Below, piece by piece: positions 1 to 8,259 of a DNA stretch of 23,339 bases (positions within the stretch are counted from its first letter, which is position 1; every line of letters starts with the position of its first letter). Made by a program: the position numbers and the translations under genes. The stretch covers positions 1 to 23,339 of the forward strand of contig JANLPS010000393.1 in the NCBI GenBank assembly GCA_031367385.1. Reading direction: 5' to 3'. This DNA comes from Archangium sp. (GTDB lineage Bacteria > Myxococcota > Myxococcia > Myxococcales > Myxococcaceae). The notes under the pieces were generated by a model. It was not told the origin of the DNA, did not search any database, and saw nothing but the letters and a program-made list of their open reading frames with translations.

Positions 1-63
1 CCCGCTTGGCGGCGACCACCGTTCGTCAAAAACACCACGGCCAACTCGTGCTCTCGCCCGCCC

Positions 64-103
64 CTCACCACGGTTTCCCGCTTTGTCTTTCTTGGTCTTT
101 ATC
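64..103 (-). repeat. 40-bp dispersed intergenic repeat, copy 1 (inverted relative to 19733-19772)
   Basis: Minus strand reads GATAAAGACCAAGAAAGACAAAGCGGGAAACCGTGGTGAG; 19733-19772 reads GACAAAGACCAAGAAGAACAAAGCGGGGAGCCGAGGCGAG; 33/40 identical by manual alignment. Confidence 0.75.
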
Positions 104-132
104 GAATTCGCCAATGTTTCCAGTGGTTTGAC

Positions 133-1044
133 CTACAAACGCTCGAACACCATCGGCAACGTCACCCGTGAACGACCTCGCTGCTTGGGAAAACGAAGGG
201 CCCGAACCGCGCGGGTGATCAGCCTGATCAGCTGCTGGTGATCAGCTTCGGCACCCCGTGGCACCCGCGTCGTGTCAGCCAGCACCCGCAGCCCTGCGAC
301 CTGCCCCGTCGCCTCGACCGTGAAGCCCAGGCTGAGCAACCCGGCCACCGGCAAGCCTTGCTCGAGCAGCGGCATGATCGCGTCGGTCACCTGCTCGATG
401 CCCTGGCTCAGCTGCTTCTCTTTGAGCGGGCCTTCGATGAACGGCCGGGGTTGCACGAACCACCCATGAATCACCAGGCGGCCTTCGCGCGGGTCCATCG
501 AGCCTTCGACGCGGCGTACGCCGTGGGGCAAGCGCGGGTCGAACACCGTCAAGCGATTGAACTGCGGGTCGATCTCTTCGATGACCTCGCCCTCTTCGAG
601 CGAGCGGGCCGAGACGAAGTCGGCCCAGAAATCGAGCACCTCGTCGCGCAGCAACATCGTCTGCCCGCCGCGAAACGTGCGCTGCCGCCAGCGCGTGAGC
701 GAGAAGACGAAGGCGTGGTGGCCATGCGGCAAATCGCCATGCAGCCGCTGCTCGCACCCATTGACGTAACAGCTGAGCCACGGCGGAGAAATGTCATGAC
801 ACCCGAGCACCCGCCGGCCCCACCACACCAGCCGCTGGTGAAACGCGTCGTACTGCCGCTTCGGGAAAAACGTGTACGCCGGAGTGCGCAGCGCCGTGTA
901 CTGCCCGGGCACGTTCCACAAGTCCCACACGAAGCGGTCGGGCGTCGCCGCTCGAGGGTCTTCGAAGCGTGCCTCGAAGTGTGCCCGCAGCCCCACGGCC
1001 TCGGGCGCAAAGCGGTCAACGACTTGAAACCGGCGAGCGACCAT
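133..1044 (-). CDS. 2OG-Fe(II) oxygenase superfamily protein (prolyl-hydroxylase-like DSBH) with C-terminal extension
   Basis: 303 aa; HxD (LHGD), GG-x-x-hydrophobic strand (FRGGQTML), 'PQFNRLTVFD', distal His (PHGVRRV) and 2OG-binding Arg (GRLVIHGWF). C-terminal ~90 aa loosely resemble a TonB-C-like domain. Confidence 0.75.
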   Translation of the reverse strand: MVARRFQVVDRFAPEAVGLRAHFEARFEDPRAATPDRFVWDLWNVPGQYTALRTPAYTFFPKRQYDAFHQRLVWWGRRVLGCHDISPPWLSCYVNGCEQRLHGDLPHGHHAFVFSLTRWRQRTFRGGQTMLLRDEVLDFWADFVSARSLEEGEVIEEIDPQFNRLTVFDPRLPHGVRRVEGSMDPREGRLVIHGWFVQPRPFIEGPLKEKQLSQGIEQVTDAIMPLLEQGLPVAGLLSLGFTVEATGQVAGLRVLADTTRVPRGAEADHQQLIRLITRAVRALRFPKQRGRSRVTLPMVFERL

Positions 1045-1082
1045 GCGCGCGCCATAGCAGCGTTTGCGTCAGAATGGCCGGC

Positions 1083-2087
1083 ATGAAGAACCGCTATCGA
1101 GGGTGTCTGGTCGGGCTCGCCATCGGAGACGCGCTCGGGTACCCGGTCGAATTTCTCAACGGCAGTGAGCTGCGCGCGAAGTACGGGCCGGCTGGCATCA
1201 CCGATTTCGTGACCCACCACGGGCAGCGCGGCCTCTATTCAGACGACACGCAGATGACGCTGGCCGTGGCGCGTGCACTGCTCGCCGCGAACCTCAACTC
1301 GCTCGATGACATCATGAAACACGTGCGCGACGAGTTCGTCGCATGGTCGGTGAGCCCCGAGAACAACCGTGCGCCCGGCGTGACGTGCATGAACGGCGCG
1401 CAGCAACTGCAGGCCGGCGTGCACTGGTTCTCGAGCGGAGACCCGTACTCGAAGGGCAACGGCGCGGCGATGCGGGCGGCTCCGATTGGCCTGCTGTTCT
1501 CGAAGCGGCCCCAGCAGTTGATCAACGTCTCGCGCGCCATCGCGCTGTGCACCCACGCGCACCCGACGGGCATTTCGTCAGCCATCGCGGCGGCCGCGGC
1601 AGTGGCGTACGTGGTCGAGGGCGGTGCTCCCGCGGGCCTCATCGCTCACTTGAAAAAAGTGCTGCGCTTCGCGCGCGGCCCCGACGGGTACCACGAGGTC
1701 GTCAGCTACGACCCTTTGGGAGAACAAATCACCCGCCTCGACGACGCCCAGTGCGCACTCGACGAAGGGCGTTCACCCGACACGGCGTTCGACCTGGTTG
1801 GCGCCGGCTGGGTCGGCGAAGAGGCCGTCGCCGGAGCGTGCTTCGCGTACCTCAAAGACCCGAAGAGCTTCGAGAACGCGGTGCTGATCGGCGCCAACGC
1901 GGCGCAAACCGACGAGTCGGGCCGAAGCCGGGGCAAGTGCGACAGCGACTCGATTGCCTGCATCGCTGGCAGCATTTCGGGAGCGGCGCTCGGCCTCGAA
2001 GCGGTGCCCACTCGGTGGGTCAATGGCATTGAGAATCGTGACTTGCTGCTCGCGACCGCTGACGAATTGTTCGCAAAAGCGGTGTAA
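1083..2087 (+). CDS. ADP-ribosylglycohydrolase (DraG/ARH family)
   Basis: GCLVGLAIGDALG, YSDDTQMT, GNGAAMRAAP, THAHP and DSDSIACIAGSISGA motifs. Start set at ATG 1083 (MKNRYRG), 7 nt after CAGAAT; ATG 1074 is an alternative. Confidence 0.92.
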   Translation: MKNRYRGCLVGLAIGDALGYPVEFLNGSELRAKYGPAGITDFVTHHGQRGLYSDDTQMTLAVARALLAANLNSLDDIMKHVRDEFVAWSVSPENNRAPGVTCMNGAQQLQAGVHWFSSGDPYSKGNGAAMRAAPIGLLFSKRPQQLINVSRAIALCTHAHPTGISSAIAAAAAVAYVVEGGAPAGLIAHLKKVLRFARGPDGYHEVVSYDPLGEQITRLDDAQCALDEGRSPDTAFDLVGAGWVGEEAVAGACFAYLKDPKSFENAVLIGANAAQTDESGRSRGKCDSDSIACIAGSISGAALGLEAVPTRWVNGIENRDLLLATADELFAKAV

Positions 2088-2099
2088 AGAAGGTCGTTC

Positions 2100-3449
2100 A
2101 TGGCGGCGATTCGCAATGTCGGCGGGGGGCCGCCACCACGCGTCGGGGCGAGCAACGCCGCCGAGCCCACGACGCCGTCGAAGGCCGAGACCCCTTCAGC
2201 CAGCGAGGCTCCGGCGGGCTCGAAGACCTCGGCGTCGGGCTTCACCCCCAGCGGAGCCAAGGCCGCCAAGTCAACGCTCGCGCTGCCACTGTCGACCGCA
2301 CCGATGGACCCCGCGCGAGCGATGGCCGGTGCTCGCGGCGTCGCGGTCGCGAACCAGCTGGCCCGGCTGTGGCGAAGGCTGCCCGGCGAAAAACGCATCC
2401 CCAAGCGGGTTCGCGACACGCTGCTCGCCGAGCTGCCGAGCGCCCCGTGGGAGGCTGAAAAGCACCTGAGCGAAGACGACGTCGCCGACTACTTGTCGAA
2501 GCGAAACAAACACGCCCAAACCAAAGAGCTGCACTCAGGCATGTCGGGGGCGCAGGTATTCGACGTCAAAGGTGACGCCGAGCAGTCGGGCATCTTCAAG
2601 CTCTTCGGCGACCCCGAAGAAATGTTCCAAGACATCGCTGGCCTCGAGATCATCGCCTCGGTCGGCAACAACGTGCTGAACGCGGTGGGCGTGAAGCAGG
2701 TCGGCAAGAACCGCGACGGCTCGAAGGGCTTCGTGCTGATGGAGAAAGCCGGCGGCAAAGTGCTCTTCGACCGGATGGATCAGGTCGCCGCTTCGACGAT
2801 GCCCGAGCGGGTGAAGCTGCAGACGACCCTGTGCGCGGAGCTGGCTGCGGCGGGCAAGGCGATGGGCGGGTTTCATCAAGCCGCGCAGTCAACCGTGGCG
2901 GTACCGACCGAATACAAACGGCAGGCGGCGCTGCGAACCTATGGGCTGTTCGACAGCGCGCGCGCGAAGGCGTCGACCGGGGCATTGGCCGATGCTGCGC
3001 TGCAGACGAGGATCGAAGCGCGCTTGAGAGGGCTGACCCGCGAGTTCATGCAAACCCGCCTGCAGGCGACGATTTCGATCGGCGACATTCACCCGGGCAA
3101 CATGGCCGTGCAGGGCGGCAAGTGCACCGTGTTCGACGTGAACACGCTGGTCGCCTCACTCGGCTCGCGGGGAGAAGGCCTCGCGCCCTCGGCTGATGAT
3201 CGCACCTGGTTCGCCGAGGCAATACCCTGGTACGGGGGCAAGATCGGCCTCGCCGCGGTCGAAGTCGCCGCCGCGAAGAAGTCGTTTCTCGATGCGTACA
3301 AAAGCGCGTGCTCATTCGCCACAGGAGCCGACGACGCCATCGCCACCACCTTCTACCGAGTGCGGAGCGCGATGACTGACCTGCGGTTTGCTCCGAACTC
3401 ACAGAAAGACCTGAACTTGGTTCTCAGCCTGTTGGATGTGACGCCATGA
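2100..3449 (+). CDS. APH/choline-kinase-like phosphotransferase with long disordered N-terminus
   Basis: Gly-rich HSGMSGAQVF, beta-3 Lys (GIFK), hinge VLMEKA, catalytic loop GDIHPGN, metal-binding VFD. First ~70 aa are P/S/A/T-rich. Confidence 0.7.
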   Translation: MAAIRNVGGGPPPRVGASNAAEPTTPSKAETPSASEAPAGSKTSASGFTPSGAKAAKSTLALPLSTAPMDPARAMAGARGVAVANQLARLWRRLPGEKRIPKRVRDTLLAELPSAPWEAEKHLSEDDVADYLSKRNKHAQTKELHSGMSGAQVFDVKGDAEQSGIFKLFGDPEEMFQDIAGLEIIASVGNNVLNAVGVKQVGKNRDGSKGFVLMEKAGGKVLFDRMDQVAASTMPERVKLQTTLCAELAAAGKAMGGFHQAAQSTVAVPTEYKRQAALRTYGLFDSARAKASTGALADAALQTRIEARLRGLTREFMQTRLQATISIGDIHPGNMAVQGGKCTVFDVNTLVASLGSRGEGLAPSADDRTWFAEAIPWYGGKIGLAAVEVAAAKKSFLDAYKSACSFATGADDAIATTFYRVRSAMTDLRFAPNSQKDLNLVLSLLDVTP

Positions 3450-3913
3450 AGAGCGTGCAAGACGTGCTGCTCGCCGCGAGTGAGGGCTCCGTTGCACTCG
3501 AGGCGCAAGCCCGAAAGGTGGCCGCGGGGTTGGCCGCCACGCCGGTGAGCACGGCGTTGATCGAGGCGTTCGTGACGGCGCTCTCGAAGTCGCTGCCGGC
3601 GGCGGGCGAAGGCCTCTCACCTGATCAGCTCGGCGCGGCTCGAGCGGCCCTCAAGGGGCTGCGCGAATTCGTTCGCCTGGGTACTCCGGTGAAGAACATC
3701 GTCGATGAGGCGCTGGCTGACGCGGGCAAAGAATCGGCGACGCGCTCGGTGTACGGCGACGAAGGGTGGCGGTGCCCCCGCTGCGGCTCGGCGCGGGTGC
3801 GCGAAGAGCACACTGATCGCGACGCCAAGAACGCCCGCTTCGTTCAGCTGATCTGCGAGGCCTGCGGCGACTCCGAAGACGGCACCGAGCTCACGCGCTG
3901 GGCGGCCGAGTGA
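3446..3913 (+). CDS. Hypothetical protein, helical N-terminus plus C-terminal Zn ribbon
   Basis: ATGA overlap with the kinase stop codon; CPRC...CEAC pair near the C-terminus; GC-rich codon usage. Confidence 0.7.
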   Translation: MKSVQDVLLAASEGSVALEAQARKVAAGLAATPVSTALIEAFVTALSKSLPAAGEGLSPDQLGAARAALKGLREFVRLGTPVKNIVDEALADAGKESATRSVYGDEGWRCPRCGSARVREEHTDRDAKNARFVQLICEACGDSEDGTELTRWAAE

Positions 3914-4775
3914 AGAGCTCGAGCACCGCTTCGACCAGGGGTTGAGGCCCCTTTCGCCACACCGCGCAGATCGCCACCGAGCGGCTCGGGCGATCGAAAC
4001 GGGAGGCGTGTACGCCGGCGACGCGAGGGCCGTCGGGCGAGAGCGAAGGCACCAACGAAAAGCCCAGGCCGGCCGCGACGAAGGCCAAGATGGTGTCAGA
4101 CGACTCGGCGTTGAACACCTCGCGAGGCCGCACGCCATGCGCCGCGAGGGCCGCCTGCTGCAGCTGCCTCGCCGCGCGATCTGAGTGGTACGCGATGAAC
4201 GGCATCTCTCCAAGCTCAGCGGGGCTCAAGCGGTGATCTGACCGATAGGGCCCCGACGCTGGCACCACCAACCACGCGTGCGCCCGGGTCAGCTCTTTGA
4301 CGTGCAGGCCTTCAGCGGTGCCCTCTCTGGGCAGCCAGTCGACCATCAGGTCTGACGAGCCGTTGCGAACCAGGCCGGGGTCAGGCTCGGCGATCTCGTT
4401 GAGGCGAACGTCGATGTCAGGCCGCTTGCTGTGAACCCGCTTGAGCCACTGCGGCATCATCGAGCGGAGCACCAGGCCCGGCGCGTGAATCTTGAGCAGC
4501 CCACCGACCTGCTGACCCTTGATGGTCGCCTCGATGCTCGGCAGCGATTCGTAAAACGGCGCCACGGCGTCGAACAACATCTTGCCCCGAGCGGTGAGCA
4601 TCACCCGGTCGCGACCGACGCGCTCGAAGAGCCGAACGCCGAGCTCCTGCTCGAGCCGCTTGACCTGCTGGTGCACCCCGGGCTGGGTAATCGGGTACGG
4701 AAAGGCCTTCGCCGCACGGGTGTACCCCTCGGTCTTCGCGACCCAATAGAAGCCTTCGATTCGCTGGAGATTCAT
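3891..4775 (-). CDS. LysR-family transcriptional regulator
   Basis: 294 aa; N-terminal HTH (YTRAAKAFPYPITQPGVHQQVKRLEQELGVRLFER...LTARG) and C-terminal substrate domain (FVAAGLGFSLVP). Confidence 0.95.
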   Translation of the reverse strand: MNLQRIEGFYWVAKTEGYTRAAKAFPYPITQPGVHQQVKRLEQELGVRLFERVGRDRVMLTARGKMLFDAVAPFYESLPSIEATIKGQQVGGLLKIHAPGLVLRSMMPQWLKRVHSKRPDIDVRLNEIAEPDPGLVRNGSSDLMVDWLPREGTAEGLHVKELTRAHAWLVVPASGPYRSDHRLSPAELGEMPFIAYHSDRAARQLQQAALAAHGVRPREVFNAESSDTILAFVAAGLGFSLVPSLSPDGPRVAGVHASRFDRPSRSVAICAVWRKGPQPLVEAVLELFTRPPSA

Positions 4776-4823
4776 AGTCTGCAGAAATCACTATGACACT
4801 GAATCATTACCATTGGTGATGAT
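4772..4823. promoter_or_regulatory. Putative LysR operator region, two inverted repeats
   Basis: ATCATTACCA-T-TGGTGATGAT (4803-4823) contains T4807-N11-A4819; TCATAGT-N11-ACTATGA (4772-4796) overlaps the LysR start codon; AT-rich divergent intergenic region. Confidence 0.65.
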
Positions 4824-4900
4824 CTGGCGATGCCTTCGTGCGGTCGCGATCGAAGTGAATACCGATACTGTCGGCATCTCTTCGAAAGCGGAGTTGCCCA

Positions 4901-5437
4901 ATGTCGTTCGAGCTCAAAGCGGTCGCCAATCACCTGTGGACGACGACCTCGCACCCGCTGACTGAAGCCGCGCTGGCGGAACACTCCGGGTTGAGCCGCG
5001 CCGAGGTGACCAGCGGCATGCGCGCGTTGCTGCGAGAAGGCACGGTCGACATCGGCGTCACTGACTCGGGCGAGCTCTGCTGGGTGCTGCCGGGCCTCGC
5101 GCGTCGGGCTGTGTCGGTCGCAGCTCCCGCTTCGAAGTGGTCACAGGGTTTGGGCATTCGCTTCGAGCGCGACCCACTGGCGAAGTCGGTGCTGTTGTCG
5201 GCGGGCATGGGCCTGTTGTTCGGGCCGTTCGGCTGGCTGTACGCAGGGGCGTGGGTCGAGGCGCTCATTGGCATCGCCCTCTACGTCGGCCTTGGGCTCA
5301 CGCTGCCAAGGTTCATGCTCGGCACCTTCTTCGGCGTGCTGCACCCGACCTGCGCGGTGATCGCGATGCTCGCGGCCTGGCACTTCAACCGCACCAAGTC
5401 GCGTCAGATGGTCGTTCTCCACAAGCTGTTCAATTGA
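4901..5437 (+). CDS. Membrane protein with N-terminal winged-helix-like segment
   Basis: GGAG upstream; N-terminal LTEAALAEHSGLSRAEVTSGMRALLREG (HTH-like); about three hydrophobic segments with a LFGPFGWLY motif. Confidence 0.7.
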   Translation: MSFELKAVANHLWTTTSHPLTEAALAEHSGLSRAEVTSGMRALLREGTVDIGVTDSGELCWVLPGLARRAVSVAAPASKWSQGLGIRFERDPLAKSVLLSAGMGLLFGPFGWLYAGAWVEALIGIALYVGLGLTLPRFMLGTFFGVLHPTCAVIAMLAAWHFNRTKSRQMVVLHKLFN

Positions 5438-5450
5438 AAGGTCGTCACCC

Positions 5451-6002
5451 ATGAGCACCCAAGCGTCGTCTGAAAAAGTGATTCACCACCACATGCTGTG
5501 GGCCCTGGGAGCGGGCCTGGTGCCGGTGCCAATCGCCGACTTCGTCGCAGTCACCGCGGTGCAGCTCGACCTGATTCAGCAGCTGTGCACCCTCAACGGG
5601 GTCACCTACGAGGAGGGCACTGGCAAGATCTGGGTGAGCGCCTTGACCGGCGGAGCCATTGCTCGCATCGGTGCCTCGGCACTCAAGGCGATACCGGGCT
5701 TCGGCACGTTGCTGGGAGGGCTCTCGATGTCGATCGCCTCGGCTGCCTCGACGTACGCGGTGGGCCAGGTCGTGCAAATGCACCTGGCGATGGGAGGCAC
5801 GATGAGCAACCTCGACGTCGAGAAGGCCAGAGCCCGCTACGCCGCTGAATACGAGAAAGGCAAAACCGCGGCTCAAGCGGCAAACGAGAAAAAAGGCGAT
5901 GCGGCGACGCGGCTCGAGACACTCGCCGAGCTCAAGACCAAGGGCGTCATCACCCAGGCCGAATACGACGCGAAGAAGTCGAAGTTGATCGACGCCCTGT
6001 AG
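5451..6002 (+). CDS. DUF697/YcjF-like protein with C-terminal SHOCT domain
   Basis: GAGLVPVPIADFVAVTAVQLDLIQQL and KAIPGFGTLLGG...ASTYAVG are DUF697-like; C-terminal RLETLAELKTKGVITQAEYDAKKSKLI matches the SHOCT pattern. Confidence 0.8.
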   Translation: MSTQASSEKVIHHHMLWALGAGLVPVPIADFVAVTAVQLDLIQQLCTLNGVTYEEGTGKIWVSALTGGAIARIGASALKAIPGFGTLLGGLSMSIASAASTYAVGQVVQMHLAMGGTMSNLDVEKARARYAAEYEKGKTAAQAANEKKGDAATRLETLAELKTKGVITQAEYDAKKSKLIDAL

Positions 6003-6011
6003 CTCGCGCGT

Positions 6012-6653
6012 TTAAGCGGTGGCGAGGTGCTTCTTGAGGCTGGTGCGCACGTACATCGCGTCGTCGACGAAGCGCACGCCGAACCCGGCAATGCCCTTTT
6101 TGTCGCCGACCCAGATGACTTTGGCGTGCAGTACCTGGCCTCCCCAGCGGCCGAAAATAGGCTCGAGGTGAATGGTGAGCTCTTCGTCTTCGCGCAGCCC
6201 CCGCAGCTTCGGGGCTCCAATGAAGGCGCCACTGTTCGAGAGATCTTTGACCTCGGCGGGCACGTTGCTGCCGTTGAACTTCACCAGGCACGAGACGGTG
6301 ACCGGGTGCCGCGAACCCATCGCCGTGCCGTCTTCGAGCGCGCGCCCGGCGCATTGGGCGATCATCTGCGCGGCAGGTCGCTTCTGGTGCGCGACGAAGC
6401 AGAAGCCCAAGCCCGGTTGCTGCCGGGGGCCCGCGGGCAACTTTCGCTGAAAGCTCACCCGGCCTTCGACTTCGAAGTGAAGCTCGGAGTCGCTGAAGGT
6501 GATCTCCAGAATCACATCAGCGCCGATCGCCAGGTTCACCCACCCCGGCACGAAGAGCGTGAGGTTGGTGCCCTCAGCGCGTGAATTCGAGAGCACGGCC
6601 CCTCGATGCGGGTAACGAACTGGCAGTCGAATCATGGTCGGCCCAGAAGACAT
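6012..6653 (-). CDS. Tandem PilZ-domain protein (myxobacterial type)
   Basis: Two beta-rich units ending PGLGFCF and AGFGVRF; DLSNSGAFI motif in the second. Start set at ATG 6653, 8 nt after TATTCT; ATG 6635 is an alternative. Confidence 0.8.
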   Translation of the reverse strand: MSSGPTMIRLPVRYPHRGAVLSNSRAEGTNLTLFVPGWVNLAIGADVILEITFSDSELHFEVEGRVSFQRKLPAGPRQQPGLGFCFVAHQKRPAAQMIAQCAGRALEDGTAMGSRHPVTVSCLVKFNGSNVPAEVKDLSNSGAFIGAPKLRGLREDEELTIHLEPIFGRWGGQVLHAKVIWVGDKKGIAGFGVRFVDDAMYVRTSLKKHLATA

Positions 6654-6706
6654 GTCGGCGAAGAATAACGCACTCGAGGCCGCCGCGCGTGCAGTACGGT
6701 TGAAAT

Positions 6707-7264
6707 GTGCGGGTGGTCTTCGTCGAAAACCACGATTCATTTTCGTTCAACGTGCTCGACCTGCTCCCCTTCGAGCGGCATGCGGTGAACGTGGTCGAAG
6801 GTAATACCGAGCGCACATCGGCTGCGCTCGACGGGGCCGAGCTGCTGATCATCGGCCCCGGCCCGATGGACCCTCAACGGGTTGGGTTGATCAGCTTGGT
6901 GCACCTGGCCGCGAATCAGTCAGTGCCGACGCTTGGCATCTGCCTCGGCCATCAGGCGATTGGGCTGGCGTTCGGTGCGCAGCTGGTTCGATCAACTCCG
7001 TCACACGGCAAAAAAGCCACAGCACATTTTCGCCACAGCACCCGGTTCATCGACGGTTCATTCGACGTGATGCGCTACCACTCACTCTCTTTGCGCGCGG
7101 TCGAGCCGCCGTTGAACGTGGTGGCAACGCTTGAAGACGGCACGGTGATGGCGGTCGAGCACGCGACCTTGCCGATGGCGGGGCTGCAGTTTCACCCTGA
7201 TTCGCACGGCACGCCCGAGGGCCGGCGGCTGGTCGAGGCGTTCGTTCAGAGCGTGCGACGATGA
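6707..7264 (+). CDS. pabA: Glutamine amidotransferase subunit of aminodeoxychorismate synthase (PabA/TrpG family)
   Basis: ENHDSFSFN, GPGP, GICLGHQ (catalytic Cys), MRYHSL, GLQFHPDS; coupled to the next gene by an ATGA overlap. Confidence 0.8.
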   Translation: MRVVFVENHDSFSFNVLDLLPFERHAVNVVEGNTERTSAALDGAELLIIGPGPMDPQRVGLISLVHLAANQSVPTLGICLGHQAIGLAFGAQLVRSTPSHGKKATAHFRHSTRFIDGSFDVMRYHSLSLRAVEPPLNVVATLEDGTVMAVEHATLPMAGLQFHPDSHGTPEGRRLVEAFVQSVRR

Positions 7265-8259
7265 AGCTCTCGGCGCTGGTTGATCAAGACGACTTCGTGC
7301 TGCTGGCGCCGGGGTTTCGGCCTGACTCCTCGAAGTGGACCTTGCTGCGGCAGGCGAAGCTCTCGAGTGGCGACGGTGCCCAGCCGTGCGTGTGGCTTGG
7401 GCGGTATGAGACGCGGGGGCGCGACGCGATGTGCTTGAGCGGCTCGCTCGAGGAGATCGACCTCGACTTCGATGTCGAGCCGACGTCGCTGGTCTGGTCG
7501 CTCGACGAGACGGCTTTCGCAGATCAGGTGGAGCGCATTCGTGACGCGATCTCCGCGGGCGATGTGTATCAGGTGAACTTGACGCGCTCGGCCTGGGTCG
7601 AGTGCGCGTCGGGCGCCCGATTTTTGAGCGCCCTCTGCCGCCGCGGAGTGCCCCGCTTCGCCGCCTGGTTTCGCCTGCGCGGTGTGTGGGAGGTCGTCTC
7701 GGCGAGCCCTGAAATGCTCTTCGAGCTCGAGGGGCAACGCCTTCGGGCCGAGCCGATGAAGGGCACCGCTCCGGCTGGGCAGCGCGCGTGGCTCGAGGCG
7801 AGCACCAAAGACGAAGCGGAGCTTGCGATGATCACCGATCTGCTGCGCGACGACCTGAATCACCTGTGCATGCCGCGGTCGGTGCAGGTGCTGTCGGCGC
7901 GGCGATATCTGGAGCTCCCCTATGTGGTGCAAGCGGTCAGCGAGGTCGAGGGCACGCTGCAACAGAAAATCAGCGTGCGCGAAGTGCTTGATCAACTTCA
8001 CCCCGGTGGCTCGATCACCGGTGCTCCGAGAGAGGCTGCGCGAACGATGATCACCTCGCTCGAGCAGACTCCCCGCGACTTTTACTGCGGTTTTTTGGGC
8101 TTTCAGAGCGCGACCCATCTGCGCACCGCGTTGCTGATTCGCACGGCACAACGCACGAATGGTGATCAGTGGCGGTACGGAGTCGGTGGAGGCATCACCT
8201 GGGACTCTGACGCGAGCGCGGAGCTGAACGAAGTGCGGCTCAAGCTGGGAGCGCTCTAA
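7261..8259 (+). CDS. pabB: Aminodeoxychorismate synthase component I (shortened N-terminus)
   Basis: GDVYQVNL, SASPE, PMKGT (Lys as in PabB PIKGT, not TrpE PIAGT), ELAMITDLLRDDL, PGGSITGAP, YGVGGGITWDS. Confidence 0.8.
   Translation: MKLSALVDQDDFVLLAPGFRPDSSKWTLLRQAKLSSGDGAQPCVWLGRYETRGRDAMCLSGSLEEIDLDFDVEPTSLVWSLDETAFADQVERIRDAISAGDVYQVNLTRSAWVECASGARFLSALCRRGVPRFAAWFRLRGVWEVVSASPEMLFELEGQRLRAEPMKGTAPAGQRAWLEASTKDEAELAMITDLLRDDLNHLCMPRSVQVLSARRYLELPYVVQAVSEVEGTLQQKISVREVLDQLHPGGSITGAPREAARTMITSLEQTPRDFYCGFLGFQSATHLRTALLIRTAQRTNGDQWRYGVGGGITWDSDASAELNEVRLKLGAL

Noticed and set aside
81..100. T-rich tract as an intrinsic terminator
   Set aside because: No strong adjacent stem, wrong strand for the oxygenase gene, and better explained as part of the 40-bp repeat.
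133..1044. 2OG oxygenase as the hydroxylase of the EGF repeats
   Set aside because: It is 8 kb away, has no export signal, is not recognisably AspH-like, and the EGF units lack the consensus aromatic residue.
969..1082. Extended N-termini in the ORF track (ARH from 969, PilZ from 6740, methyltransferase from 19878, BCCP from 21498)
   Set aside because: They overlap neighbouring genes or repeats and lack family similarity; downstream starts have better signals.
6707..8259. Anthranilate synthase trpG/trpE
   Set aside because: The PMKGT lysine and the adjacent class IV lyase-like gene favour pab; no other trp genes nearby.
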